A stretch of DNA of 64,000 nt. It comes from an uncultured Methanosarcinales archaeon (GTDB lineage Archaea > Halobacteriota > Methanosarcinia > Methanotrichales > Methanotrichaceae). Positions 31,407 through 41,605 of this stretch are shown here, piece after piece. Position numbers and translations under genes: made by a program. Numbering within the stretch: the stretch's first letter is position 1; every line of letters starts with the position of its first letter. The DNA lies in the NCBI GenBank assembly GCA_963843555.1, contig CAWJKV010000003.1, positions 128,001 through 192,000 on the forward strand. The letters are read 5' to 3'. Below the pieces are notes generated by a model. The model saw only the letters and a list, made by a program, of their open reading frames with translations, did no database searches and was not told the origin of the DNA.

Positions 31407-32597
31407 ATGCAAATTGACCCTGTAGACATTGGCTTATTTGCCATTGTGCTAATTGTACTTGTCGGACCATTCATGTCTAAGAAGATAGAACATAACCTTG
31501 AAGTTTTTCTGTTTATTATGGGTGTGCTAGCAGTAACCATATCAAGCTTCTACAGCGAAGAAGCTCTGGCGGCCCTGGGCTACACAGCAGAGCAGATGGA
31601 GCTCGTCGGCTGGAATAGGGAAATAGTGATGGAAGCCATTAAAGAGCCGATATACAAGGGAATCGTTCCCATGGTGCTGCTGGCCGGTGTATTATTCCAT
31701 TACGGGCGGTCCCGTGCCCAAATGGCCATGAATTCGATCATCAAAAAAGTCCCTCTCAAGATTGTAGTGTTCCTGTTGGTCTTCATCTTGGGATTGTCTT
31801 CAAGCTTAATAACTGCCATCATTGCCTCTCTCCTATTGGTTGAGCTCATGAACTGCATGCCCTTTGAGAGGAAGACTAAAATAAATTTGATCATAATCGC
31901 CTGTTTCTCCATAGGTCTGGGCGCAGTTCTGACTCCTGTGGGCGAGCCGCTTTCTACTATCGCTATCACCAAGCTGCAGGGAGAGCCTTACTATGCAACA
32001 TTCTGGTACCTCTTCAACCAGCTTGCCATATACATCATCCCAGGTTGTCTGGCCTTCGGCCTTCTTGCCATGTTCTTCACCGGCAAAGCCAAAGTGATGG
32101 AATGCAAGGTGAGTGAAGAGGATGATGGCGGTCTGAGAGATGTAGGTGTCAGGGCTCTGAAGGTCTATGTCTTCGTTATGGCCCTCCTGCTCCTGGGTTC
32201 TGGCATGAAGGTAGTGATAGACAAATACCTGCTTGACGTAGCCCCCCAGATTCTATACTGGATCAACATGATTTCAGCGGTCCTGGATAATGCTACATTG
32301 ACTGCGGCTGAGATTAGCCCGGCGATGAGCCAGGTCCAGATCAACTCAGTTCTCATGGGCCTGCTCATCGCGGGAGGCATGCTCATTCCCGGAAACATAC
32401 CAAACATCATCTCCGCTGGCAAGCTGGGAATTACCAGCAAAGAGTGGGCTAAACTTGGTGTGCCTCTGGGTTTAATTACTATGTTGATCTATTTCGTGTG
32501 GCTCTTCTACATACCCTTCCACTACGAATTCAGCCTCGGGACAATAATGATCCCGCGCCATCCTTTTTTTCTCAGCGCCCGTCTTTCACTTTTCTAA
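31407..32597 (+). CDS. DUF1646 family membrane protein (putative cation transporter)
   Basis: IEHNLEVFLFIMG, IGLGAVLTPVGEPLSTI, SAVLDNATLTAAEI, GGMLIPGNIPNII. Confidence 0.88.
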   Translation: MQIDPVDIGLFAIVLIVLVGPFMSKKIEHNLEVFLFIMGVLAVTISSFYSEEALAALGYTAEQMELVGWNREIVMEAIKEPIYKGIVPMVLLAGVLFHYGRSRAQMAMNSIIKKVPLKIVVFLLVFILGLSSSLITAIIASLLLVELMNCMPFERKTKINLIIIACFSIGLGAVLTPVGEPLSTIAITKLQGEPYYATFWYLFNQLAIYIIPGCLAFGLLAMFFTGKAKVMECKVSEEDDGGLRDVGVRALKVYVFVMALLLLGSGMKVVIDKYLLDVAPQILYWINMISAVLDNATLTAAEISPAMSQVQINSVLMGLLIAGGMLIPGNIPNIISAGKLGITSKEWAKLGVPLGLITMLIYFVWLFYIPFHYEFSLGTIMIPRHPFFLSARLSLF

Positions 32598-32790
32598 GTC
32601 CTGGCGTTGTGATGTACCACCGCCCCTTCTTGCCCCGCAGAAACTCCAGGGCGGCATGATAGTCGTCAAAGTAATGGGCTTCTTTGCTCTCCAGGTTCAT
32701 CACTGAGATCTTCTCCTCCAGAATCAGTCCCTTCTCCTCCAGCAGAGCTTCGACTTCCATGCGAAGCCTGCTCTTCTTGACCAGGGGCAT
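32572..32790 (-). CDS. Small hypothetical protein
   Basis: 72-aa ORF co-oriented with the upstream gene. Confidence 0.6.
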   Translation of the reverse strand: MPLVKKSRLRMEVEALLEEKGLILEEKISVMNLESKEAHYFDDYHAALEFLRGKKGRWYITTPGLRKVKDGR

Positions 32791-32814
32791 CTCTTCGTCC
32801 AGGCTGATCCCTCC

Positions 32815-33375
32815 TCAAATCCGGGCGGGCCTGGCCTTTTCCAGGGCCCACTTGATGTACTCGGCGGCAGGAAACTCATGAACTGAGGTGGCCACAATAA
32901 GGCCCTCTCCGAACCTTGCCATGACCAATATGGCTCTGCCTTTCGCATCCTTCACGACGGTCTCGAAGCCCTCGCCCGGCAACAGGTAGCCGTCGCATTC
33001 CGGAGTTGATGTGCAGAGCAGGCAGGAGCACTCCTGATCAGATGGTGTGACATTCTGTGTGCCCAGTTCGCAGACGTACTTGAGAGGCAGGGGCAGCCAC
33101 TCGTAGTCATGCTCGGGCACCAGCGGACCAAAGACGGTCAGAACACCGCCCTTCTTCACAAAATCAGCTATACTCGACTTCATCCTCTGCAGCGCCGGAA
33201 GCGTCCTGGAGTACTGGGGATTGGCAAAGCCCGTGGGGATCATCACCATCCGGTACTGAGGCAGAAAGGGGCTGCCCAGAACTCCGGGCGCCAGAAACTG
33301 ATAGCTCACGCCCAGATCCTGGAAGAGCTTCTCGAACAGGAAGGTTCTCTCGCCAATGAGTGCGACATCTGTCAT
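32815..33375 (-). CDS. Hypothetical protein (glutamine amidotransferase-like fold possible)
   Basis: MIPTGFANPQYS...FVKKGG.LTVFG. Confidence 0.7.
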   Translation of the reverse strand: MTDVALIGERTFLFEKLFQDLGVSYQFLAPGVLGSPFLPQYRMVMIPTGFANPQYSRTLPALQRMKSSIADFVKKGGVLTVFGPLVPEHDYEWLPLPLKYVCELGTQNVTPSDQECSCLLCTSTPECDGYLLPGEGFETVVKDAKGRAILVMARFGEGLIVATSVHEFPAAEYIKWALEKARPARI

Positions 33376-33504
33376 ATACTATTATCTTCTGCCGGGGCAC
33401 AGGGAAAACCTTTATGGTTCCTTGACTGTCGATGGCCCATTGGTAACATTTTCCTCCATAAAGTTTATTACTAAATATCATGCGTATATTAACCGCGATT
33501 ATAT

Positions 33505-33927
33505 ATGGAACAAGAATTGATGCGAATTGGCGTTTCGTTACCTGAGAAGCTGCTCAGCAGGTTTGACGAGATAATCTTGAAGCGTGGCTACTCCTCACGC
33601 TCCGAGGGCATAAGAGATGCCATCAGAAACTACATAGTCCATTATGAGTGGATGAGCGACGTCCAGGGTGAGAGAGTAGGCGTCATAACCCTGGTCTATG
33701 CCCATTCCCAGAGGGGCCTGGTAGACAATCTGACGGAGATCCAGCATGAATCCGGAAGCATCATCCAGTCCAGCCTCCATGTCCATCTGGACCATGAAAA
33801 CTGCCTGGAGGTGATCGTCCTGCGGGGCGAAGGTCAGGATGTGAGAAAGGCCGCCGAGAAGATGATGTCTCTGAAGGGAGTAAAACACGTCAAACTGAGC
33901 ACAACCTCTCTCGGCAAAGAGCTCTGA
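33505..33927 (+). CDS. nikR: Nickel-responsive regulator NikR
   Basis: RIGVSLP..LL..FD...[14 protein letters not shown] and [12 protein letters not shown]. Confidence 0.95.
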   Translation: MEQELMRIGVSLPEKLLSRFDEIILKRGYSSRSEGIRDAIRNYIVHYEWMSDVQGERVGVITLVYAHSQRGLVDNLTEIQHESGSIIQSSLHVHLDHENCLEVIVLRGEGQDVRKAAEKMMSLKGVKHVKLSTTSLGKEL

Positions 33928-33964
33928 AGGCAAGATCATAGGGAGTCTGTTGGTGCATAGTTCC

Positions 33965-34621
33965 ATGTCCTGGCAGGAGATATCGCCCGGTATCTTTGCC
34001 CTGGAGGCGGAAGGGCATTTGCGATTGGCCACCCGATCTCTGGATCCCGCGCCCGTCTATAGGGAACGCATTCAGGAAGGCTACAGGTTATGGGATCCAT
34101 TCCGCTCCAAGCTCGCGGCCCTCCTCCTCAAGAGCAAAGGCCGGGGACTTCGACTGACCCGTGAATCCAAGGTCCTGTACCTGGGGGCAGCCACAGGCAC
34201 TACAGTCAGCCATGTCAGCGATATCGTTGCCGATGGACTGGTTTATGCAGTGGAGTTCTCGCCCCGCTCTATGCGCGACCTCATCCTTCTCTGCGAGAGG
34301 CGCAAGAACATCATACCCATTCTTGCCGATGCCGCAAAGCCCGAGGAGTACATAGCTCTTGTCGAGCCTGTGGATCTGGTCTATCAGGATATAGCCCAGC
34401 GAAATCAGGCCGAAATTGCCTCCCTGAACTCTGCGCGGTACCTGGTGCCAGGAGGAGAGCTCCTCTTCATGCTCAAGACGCGATCTGTGGATGTCACAGC
34501 AACGCCTGATGCCGTCCTCGAGGCGGAGAAAAGAAATCTGTCCGGGTTGGATTTAATCGACGTCATGGATCTTCTCCCCTTTCACCAGGACCATTGGGCG
34601 ATACAGGCCAGACGGCCCTGA
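33965..34621 (+). CDS. flpA: Fibrillarin-like rRNA 2'-O-methyltransferase
   Basis: WDPFRSKLAA, VLYLGAATGTTVSHVSD, YQDIAQ. Confidence 0.93.
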   Translation: MSWQEISPGIFALEAEGHLRLATRSLDPAPVYRERIQEGYRLWDPFRSKLAALLLKSKGRGLRLTRESKVLYLGAATGTTVSHVSDIVADGLVYAVEFSPRSMRDLILLCERRKNIIPILADAAKPEEYIALVEPVDLVYQDIAQRNQAEIASLNSARYLVPGGELLFMLKTRSVDVTATPDAVLEAEKRNLSGLDLIDVMDLLPFHQDHWAIQARRP

Positions 34622-34627
34622 GTCCTT

Positions 34628-35392
34628 CTAGCCTATGATTTTATGGATCTCATCGGAGATGATGTTAGGCAGCAGCCTTACGTAGCCCAGCAGCGGGATT
34701 TTCGCCCTCGCAACTCCGATGACCCATTCCTGTTTCACAGGCGTAAGGTAGCTGATTCCCTCTCCCACAAAGGTTCCGTTTCCTGTCTGGTAAATAAGCA
34801 ATCCCGTATTCTTATCCAGGTAAATGTCACTCCCCACATTCATGATCTCATCGCGGTGTGACTCAATGTAGGATGCATTGGCCATGCCGAACATTTGCCC
34901 CGCCATCTGGTCGATCACATCATTATGGTCCCCTTTGGTGATGTATCCGGAGAACGGCGCATTGGGGCCGTCTTTCCACATGGGCTCCCCAGTCTCCACA
35001 TATCGCAGGGCGCGGTGTATGATGGGTGTGGCCTTCTCCCGGCCCGGCGCTATTCCTATAACCATTTTGAACTGATCCAGGAGGTTCATGCTCTCCTTGC
35101 CATAGGGCCTGTAGAGGATCACATCGCCCGGATTATTGAAGGCCGTATAGTTGGTCTTCTCTGCCTCATCCCAGGGAATCACAGTGGTGCGGGATGCTCC
35201 CTGGACAAGTATTATATCTCCTATATTCAGATTCGGCACCATGCTTCCTGACTCCACTGCTACCATGGGCGTCCAGAGGCCCAATGCCAGTTGAGAGAGG
35301 ATCGATATGGCTCCCACTACCACGATTACGAAAATTATGTCCTTGATCAGCCCTGGAAGAGGCAAATTGTCAAACCATTCTCCGATCTTCAT
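34628..35392 (-). CDS. Signal peptidase I (S26/Sec11)
   Basis: VESGSMVPNL..GD, PIIHR, TKGDHN. Confidence 0.9.
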   Translation of the reverse strand: MKIGEWFDNLPLPGLIKDIIFVIVVVGAISILSQLALGLWTPMVAVESGSMVPNLNIGDIILVQGASRTTVIPWDEAEKTNYTAFNNPGDVILYRPYGKESMNLLDQFKMVIGIAPGREKATPIIHRALRYVETGEPMWKDGPNAPFSGYITKGDHNDVIDQMAGQMFGMANASYIESHRDEIMNVGSDIYLDKNTGLLIYQTGNGTFVGEGISYLTPVKQEWVIGVARAKIPLLGYVRLLPNIISDEIHKIIG

Positions 35393-35433
35393 CAGCTATA
35401 TTTATCAGTTGGTACATTCTTATACTCCTTTCG

Positions 35434-36939
35434 ATGCTACAGATATCGCGCCATGGCTTCCAGAAGGACCTCAAAGCCAGCCGGGATGTTGTGCAGAGAT
35501 TTGCTGAGCATGGATATCAATTGGAGCCGGAGGCCCTGGAGATCATCTGCAGCTATCCTGGAAGCCAGGACGACCTGATACTGCGCATCATCAGCAGCAC
35601 AGATCGATCCGTGGCTGTGATCAGAACCTCTCAGATCTCATGCCATCTCAATTCACCTGAACGCCCGGATTCTGCCAGACCCCTCCCGCCATCCCTGCCT
35701 GGATCGCACAACTCCATTTCGCCCTCACAGGATTCGTATGCCGAATTGAAGTGCGATATAACCGGCAGGTCAACATGCATCGGCAATTATGACGATTTTG
35801 TCTGCTATTTTCGCGACAGGTATGCGAAAATCAGGGAAATTCTCTCCCGTCGCCTGAACTCCCGGCCCATAGAGTCCCTGGGGAAGAGCACATCAGGCCG
35901 GGAGGTATCTCTCATCGGTATGGTTATGGATGTCAGAAATACTGCCAAGGGCAATCGCGTAATTGAGCTGGAAGATCCCACCGGTTTGATAGTTGCCGTC
36001 ATTCAAAAGGACGCGGAGGTTTATGAACAGTCAAGCCTCATCATACCGGATGAGGTCATAGGTGTCACCGGCATCTCCGACGGCAATGGAAGGATCTTTG
36101 TTAAGTCCTTGCTCTGGCCGGATATGCCAAACCAAACCGCCCCCCTGGAGAAGGGAAGCGGTTATGCTCTCTTGATCTCCGATCTTCATGTGGGGAGCAA
36201 ATATTTTATGGATGATGCCTGGCAGAGATTTTCGCAGTGGCTCAACGGGGAGGTCGATGATCCGTCCGGCCTCGCCTCAAAGGTAGAATACATGGTGATT
36301 GCCGGAGATCTGGTAGACGGCATTGGCATCTATCCCGGTCAACAGAATGACCTGGCTATAATGGACATCTATGCCCAGTACGAAGCAGCGGCGGAAAGGC
36401 TCAACGCCATAAGAAAGGGCATAAAAATCATCATCTCTCCTGGCAACCACGATATTGTGCGCCAGGCAGAGCCTCAGCCCTCCCTCCCTGAAGAGGTGCA
36501 GAAGTATTTCCAGGGGGATATGCTCTTCGTCGGCAACCCTGCCAGTGTCACTTTGAGCGGGGTTTCGATACTGATTTACCACGGTCGAAGCATAGATGAC
36601 CTGGTCCTGAGGCTGCCTGGCATCTCCTACGCTATGCCAGAGAAAGCCATGATAGAGATGCTGAGAAGGCGGCATCTGTCTCCAATTTACGGAAGCCGTG
36701 TATCCATTGCACCAGAGCATGAAGACCATTATGTCATCTCCCGGCCGCCTGCCATCTTGCATTGCGGACATGTCCACACAGTGGGAATCGCCAGGTACAA
36801 GGGCGTGGCGGTGATTAATAGTGGAACCTGGCAGTCTCAGACCGATTTTCAGAAGAAGATGAACATCCAGCCCATCCCAGCAGTGGTGCCCATTGTTGAT
36901 CTGGCTACCATGAAGGTCCGCAAACTGATCTTTACATAA
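35434..36939 (+). CDS. polB: DNA polymerase II (PolD) small subunit DP1
   Basis: ISDLHVGS, AGDLVDGIGIYPGQ, PGNHD, YHGRS, HCGHVH. Confidence 0.94.
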   Translation: MLQISRHGFQKDLKASRDVVQRFAEHGYQLEPEALEIICSYPGSQDDLILRIISSTDRSVAVIRTSQISCHLNSPERPDSARPLPPSLPGSHNSISPSQDSYAELKCDITGRSTCIGNYDDFVCYFRDRYAKIREILSRRLNSRPIESLGKSTSGREVSLIGMVMDVRNTAKGNRVIELEDPTGLIVAVIQKDAEVYEQSSLIIPDEVIGVTGISDGNGRIFVKSLLWPDMPNQTAPLEKGSGYALLISDLHVGSKYFMDDAWQRFSQWLNGEVDDPSGLASKVEYMVIAGDLVDGIGIYPGQQNDLAIMDIYAQYEAAAERLNAIRKGIKIIISPGNHDIVRQAEPQPSLPEEVQKYFQGDMLFVGNPASVTLSGVSILIYHGRSIDDLVLRLPGISYAMPEKAMIEMLRRRHLSPIYGSRVSIAPEHEDHYVISRPPAILHCGHVHTVGIARYKGVAVINSGTWQSQTDFQKKMNIQPIPAVVPIVDLATMKVRKLIFT

Positions 36940-37340
36940 GCCCTATTATAGAAGTTGTGAAGTACGAATCAAGTGCCAAAACAGTATTATCTTTTTTAGA
37001 TTGTTCTATTTTACATAATAATTAACAGATCTCATTTCATCGATCATTTGCCACAGGATGCCTATCCATGAAATACTGTCCCATTTCAATTCTCTCTTGA
37101 GATATTTTCAGTGCTGGGAATAGAGAACGGATGCAGTGATCGATATACCGTCAAAAGTTCGGATCTTTTCCTCTCGACTGCTGGAATACGGGGTGGTCAT
37201 CCAGGAAGATATTTGAAGGCGAGTTATTTTATGATTCATATCATAAGTTCGTATCTCTTACCAAAAAAGATAAATATTATCGAAGCAAACAATAGTCGTT
37301 ATAACACAATGAATGGGGTGAAACTATCAAACAAATAGGA

Positions 37341-37763
37341 ATGCTATTGGTGTTGGCTATAGCTGTGCTAGCGGTTCCCGTTATGGCGCAGGGCATGGCC
37401 AGCAGCGGCGGCGTGGATATCCTTGGAAAAGAAGGTGGGATTTTTGAGACCACTGGATCTGCCTTCAAGTTCCCTGAATATCAGGATACAAACGTCGACA
37501 ATCTGTATGTCGGAAATGATAGGGCTCTTGCCTATGGAGTTCCCTGGCAAAAGTCACCAGCGACTTTTGCCACAAATAACCTGGAGATCAAAAAGAATCA
37601 GGATTCCGGTGAATGCAGTTGCTGCAGCGATAACAGCGTTTCCTGCCAGGATTGTTGCATCAAGGTCAATATAGACCAGATCAAGGTAGGCAATAGGGAC
37701 GCTCAGGCGTTCGGATTCGCAGCCTCTACCAACAACGTCAAGGTCGTGGCCAACCAGCAGTAA
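37341..37763 (+). CDS. Secreted Asn/Gln-rich two-repeat protein with a Cys-rich linker
   Basis: Signal peptide; repeats NVDNLYVGN..ALAYG...ATNNLEIKKNQ and NIDQIKVGN..AQAFG..STNNVKVVANQ. Confidence 0.7.
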   Translation: MLLVLAIAVLAVPVMAQGMASSGGVDILGKEGGIFETTGSAFKFPEYQDTNVDNLYVGNDRALAYGVPWQKSPATFATNNLEIKKNQDSGECSCCSDNSVSCQDCCIKVNIDQIKVGNRDAQAFGFAASTNNVKVVANQQ

Positions 37764-37773
37764 TTTCGGTCTC

Positions 37774-38457
37774 TTGAATCCGATAAGGAATGAAATGAAT
37801 ATAATGCCGAGATCCACTAGCACACTGTTAGTGGGTTTCCTTTTAATTTTCTTCTTATCGGGCCTGGTTTCAGCTGAGTTGCATCCATACGCCTCGGAAC
37901 GGCTCAATGCATTCAAAGAGATCTCTTCCCATGTATGTCAGCCCCAAGAGAGTCCAAAATTAGGGCAGCTCAAGATCGGCGAAGAGACAATCAATTTTCC
38001 CTGGGCTTTGAGATATATTCCGGGCATAAGCTCAACACGTCACAATTCTATCTCCCGCATGCCGCCTGTAAAAGATGATATTATAATGAATAGTTCCAAT
38101 TCAACTGCAAAGGTGGAGGATCTATTGGCGATAAACTCAGTAAAATTGAGGGATCTCCGCTACAATGATTCACAGAACGGCGATCTGGAATATCAAGGCA
38201 GGTTTAACACACTGGGAGTAAGTGTGAGTGGCAAAAGGGACAGTTCCGGGGAGAACCTTATTATGAAGGTACCGAAAAATAACTACAGTGAAAATAGAGC
38301 GCCTTATGGAAATTATTTAGGAATCGATGTCAGCGGCATAACTGTCAGTGCCATCAACACTATGGAAAGAGGAAGTGCTGTAGCCACCTCTAATATCATC
38401 ATAAATCCGGTGCAGATTATTGATCTCGCTCCGGAGGTTGAAGAAAAGCTGAAATAA
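37774..38457 (+). CDS. Secreted hypothetical protein
   Basis: Signal-like hydrophobic segment; C-terminal VSAINT..GSAVATSNIII.PVQ. Confidence 0.65.
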   Translation: MNPIRNEMNIMPRSTSTLLVGFLLIFFLSGLVSAELHPYASERLNAFKEISSHVCQPQESPKLGQLKIGEETINFPWALRYIPGISSTRHNSISRMPPVKDDIIMNSSNSTAKVEDLLAINSVKLRDLRYNDSQNGDLEYQGRFNTLGVSVSGKRDSSGENLIMKVPKNNYSENRAPYGNYLGIDVSGITVSAINTMERGSAVATSNIIINPVQIIDLAPEVEEKLK

Positions 38458-38481
38458 TAGATTTCTGCATCGAATAAGATA

Positions 38482-38748
38482 TTATGTCTCTTTATCGTCC
38501 GCCGCCGGATGCGCGTTAGGCAAGAAGTCTTGCTCTTTGTCATTTCCTCGTATATTTTCTACGTCGTATCCGGTATCTTCTGAGACTTCTGTTTCCAGGA
38601 CCCATATGATTTCCTCGGGCTCATATGTTTCTCCTGTGGAATAACACCTAACCATGGGAGCGCCTATGAATTCTACCCGCAAATCGCATAATGGGCAGAT
38701 CGCCACCTCAACTTCACCTTTTTCGTTCTTCCTTTTGGTATTGAACAA
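38482..38748 (-). CDS. Small hypothetical Cys-containing protein
   Basis: CPLC motif; GGAGAGG SD-like sequence upstream of TTG. Confidence 0.5.
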   Translation of the reverse strand: MFNTKRKNEKGEVEVAICPLCDLRVEFIGAPMVRCYSTGETYEPEEIIWVLETEVSEDTGYDVENIRGNDKEQDFLPNAHPAADDKET

Positions 38749-39155
38749 GATTTCCTCTCCTGAGTAGTCGGACCGGGGAATAGAGTGATAATACGGTGAG
38801 GTTTAAACAAGCTTCGCTGCAAAGCCCGCCACTTAAGGGAATCACTATAGCGGAGGTTTGAGCCGTCTTGCACCATAACAGGCAATTTGGGATTTAGCGC
38901 AGCTCCTTTCTTGCCCCCTCTCGCCTCGCCTGCGCATATCCGATTCTGGGGGGGAGCGCTCCACACAAGAACGGAAAGGGTATGCCAGAATCTCGCATAG
39001 GCCGTCAAGACTTCGCACTAAGCGAGGCACTCCATACATTGACGATTACGTGAGATTTGAATGCAATACTTGACAGATCTATTGAACTATTTTTACTTGA
39101 CAATTCACTGAAAAATTTTGTATTTATGGCTAAAAATCGCTTGCTGGTTAGATTT

Positions 39156-39488
39156 TTAGAGCTTATAGCATGCCGCCAATTTGGGGTTGATCTCTGACTT
39201 TAAATCTTCATCCACTTCGCCCAGGACGCGAATAATAAGGGATTTCTCCACAGTCGCGAGCTTATCCAACATTATTACCGAATCGGATATTAGACCGGTA
39301 CTCGTGAAAGAACGTCTACTTCGTGGAACTATAACATCTTCCGGCGATATCGTTGAGGGCATTACCGATGAGATGTAAGCAACAACTACATCCAATTCGG
39401 TTTCATGAAGAACAAGAGCAGGCCTACGCTTAAATGAACTCAGATCTGTAAAGGGGAATGGGACTACGACTATATTTCCTTTCATCAA
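39156..39488 (-). CDS. PemK/MazF family toxin
   Basis: GNIVVVPFPFTDLSSFKRRPALVL...TGL.SDSVI.LDKLATV. Confidence 0.9.
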   Translation of the reverse strand: MMKGNIVVVPFPFTDLSSFKRRPALVLHETELDVVVAYISSVMPSTISPEDVIVPRSRRSFTSTGLISDSVIMLDKLATVEKSLIIRVLGEVDEDLKSEINPKLAACYKL

Positions 39489-39721
39489 TAGAGATCAGGC
39501 TCATTATCGACATATTTGGATAACGCCCTCTGTGAGAGCCTCATAAGTCCTCTGGTGATCTCTCTCTCATCACCCGGCTCTTCCAGGTCGTATGGGATAT
39601 CTTTGGTTGTGATCCGCCGCTCCAAACTCTCACACATGGATGTTAGGTTTGAATTCTTTGTATTTATAACTTGATCGCCAACAATTCCGCATCCATCTTC
39701 CCGAGTCCCATCTAGATGCAC
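39485..39721 (-). CDS. Putative cognate antitoxin (start uncertain)
   Basis: Overlaps the toxin start (TTGATGA); C-terminal LSQRALSKY..EPDLY is typical of such partners. Confidence 0.55.
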   Translation of the reverse strand: MHLDGTREDGCGIVGDQVINTKNSNLTSMCESLERRITTKDIPYDLEEPGDEREITRGLMRLSQRALSKYVDNEPDLY

Positions 39722-39799
39722 TTTGCGCGTCTTTGTCGCCCTCGCGCCAGGAGGCCATCCAATTTGGAAATCCAGCTCTTCAGTGGTGGAGTCCGCAGA

Positions 39800-40445
39800 T
39801 GCTCATTGCTTCCCTTTCTTAACGGCCCTGTATGCCTGCCCCTGCTGACGAGGATGATCAGGATTGACGTATTCGATCTTTCCTTCTCTGAGCATCGGCC
39901 GGAGGTAGCTGGTGCGGACCCAACCTTTATTTCGAGTAATATTTTTGCCAGCTCTTCTGCAGCGAACGGCCTTATGCTGCATAGATCAAAAATTACAGAC
40001 TTGATGCCTTCTGGTTGGGTATGCTTTCCAAGCCCATAAATAATCTGCCAGAGGGATGCTGGGATTTCTGGAAACTCTTGTTCCAAGGACTTTATGGTGG
40101 GTTTGATGGTAGGTATTAGCTCTTTGATGGCAGGTTTGATGGTTGGTTTCGATTCTTCGATGGTAGGTAATTCCGTCTGAATTGAATCTTTAATCAAAGC
40201 CATTCCTTTAGCATTCATTAACGTTCCGTAGGTGTATAGAATGTAGCGGATCCACGATTATGTGGCTGGATGAGGCCCAAGTCTCGCAGTCTGCGCAATA
40301 TTGAGCTGACTGTTAAATGATTGTGCTGAGTTATGAAGGGCGATTATGGCCCATTTTCAGTCGTAATCATCTTCCTGGATCTCCAAAATAAATTGATGCG
40401 TTTCATTCAGCGATTTGATCGCCTCATTCCTTTCATCCGTACTCA
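39800..40445 (-). pseudogene. Fused gene remnants: Fic-like C-terminal wHTH fragment plus an unrelated N-terminal fragment
   Basis: LRRLRDLGLIQPHNRGSATFY, IFDLCSIRPF..EELAKIL, YLRPML.EGKIEY..PDHP..QAY, interrupted by stops and frameshifts. Confidence 0.6.
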
Positions 40446-40454
40446 CCCACCGTC

Positions 40455-41370
40455 TCAACCGAGATCCCCCTTCCGAAACGTGTACTCCCCCGTCACATGC
40501 ACCATCTCCGGCATCCCGCCAAACCTGGCCTGCAGTATCAGCTCCCCGATCTCCTCTTTCATCACCCTGGCAATGCCGATGACGGACGTGGTCGGACGGG
40601 CGTTCACATCCACCGCCCAGGGTCGCTCCCCCAGCACGAAGTCGATCCCTGCATACCCGCGCAAATCCAAGGCCGCAGCCGCCTTCCTTGCTGCCTCCCA
40701 GATCTCGTCGGCGCGGGGCGTGTTGTAGGGCACCTGGCTTCCCTGATAGCTCATGCCGTCGCCCTCAAAATTGATGAGCTGACGGTTGATGGTCAGAGGC
40801 AAGAAGCCCTCCCGGCCCACGATGAAGCTGGCGGACAGGTGCAGCCCCTCATGGTAGCGGGTGACGATCTCGTCTGGACCTGCCCTCACAAATGAAGTAA
40901 TGCGCACGCCCTCCGAGCCGCAGCCCGTGCGCGGTTTCACAACGTAGAGATGGCAGCCCTTCTCCACAGGATCGGGCTTATCCAGGATCTCGGCCACGGG
41001 TACGCCTGCGCGCGCCAGCGCCTGAGTGCAGAGCAGCTTGTCGGCCGCTACGCGGGCTGCGCCCGGACTGCAGCCCAGATTTGCAGTATGATCCTCGATG
41101 AGCTTCAGGAAATGCGACTGCAGATCATCAGGCGCAATTAAGAGACAGGCATCCACCTTGACGGTCTCCAGCAATACCTCGAACTCTGCCCGGTCGTCTA
41201 CCAGAATGTAGTCACCCGCCTTGATCCTGGGGCCGTGCGTAGCATATGACACAAGGTGGCCACTCCTCTCGAAGCTCTTCAACGAGGGTGGAGAGCATGG
41301 CCCGGCCCTCCAGCTCGCAGGTGCCGCCCAGCCCAAGGGCGGATGCGTACTCCGCAACCAGAATCTTCAT
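40455..41370 (-). CDS. ATP-grasp protein, MfnD (tyramine--glutamate ligase)-like; 5' frameshift
   Basis: MKILVAEYA..EGRAML start; LLIAPD, ADKL, VVKPRTGCGSEG, GYAGIDFV, VDVNARPTTS. Confidence 0.72.
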
Positions 41371-41530
41371 ATTAAAGTCGCTCCCACTTTTGCACCAGAC
41401 TATACTAATCTGATGCCCGATCCGGTTCAAAAGGCTCAAACGCCCGGATACAGCATGCTTCTCCTCTTCTGGCAAGTGCTTTCAATTAACTCTGATCCTC
41501 TTTGAAAACCAATTCACTAACCAGCAAACC

Positions 41531-41573
41531 TTATATGCCGTACAAATGGTAGCATAAAAGTCCAAATTTGTAC
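41531..41573 (+). promoter_or_regulatory. TATA box plus inverted-repeat operator candidate
   Basis: TTATATG at 41531; GTACAAAT-N18-ATTTGTAC at 41540-41573. Confidence 0.5.
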
Positions 41574-41605
41574 TTACATTGATACTAGTGGTGATTATTA
41601 CGAGG

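Noticed and set aside
33460..33500. NikR autoregulatory operator
   Set aside because: Only a poor half-match (TATTAC-N12-GTATAT) overlapping an AT-rich promoter; not supportable.
36940..37340. Replication origin beside DP1 and the signal peptidase gene
   Set aside because: AT-rich, but only one weak ORB-like string (CTGGAATACGGGGT), no repeated ORBs and no cdc6 gene in the window.
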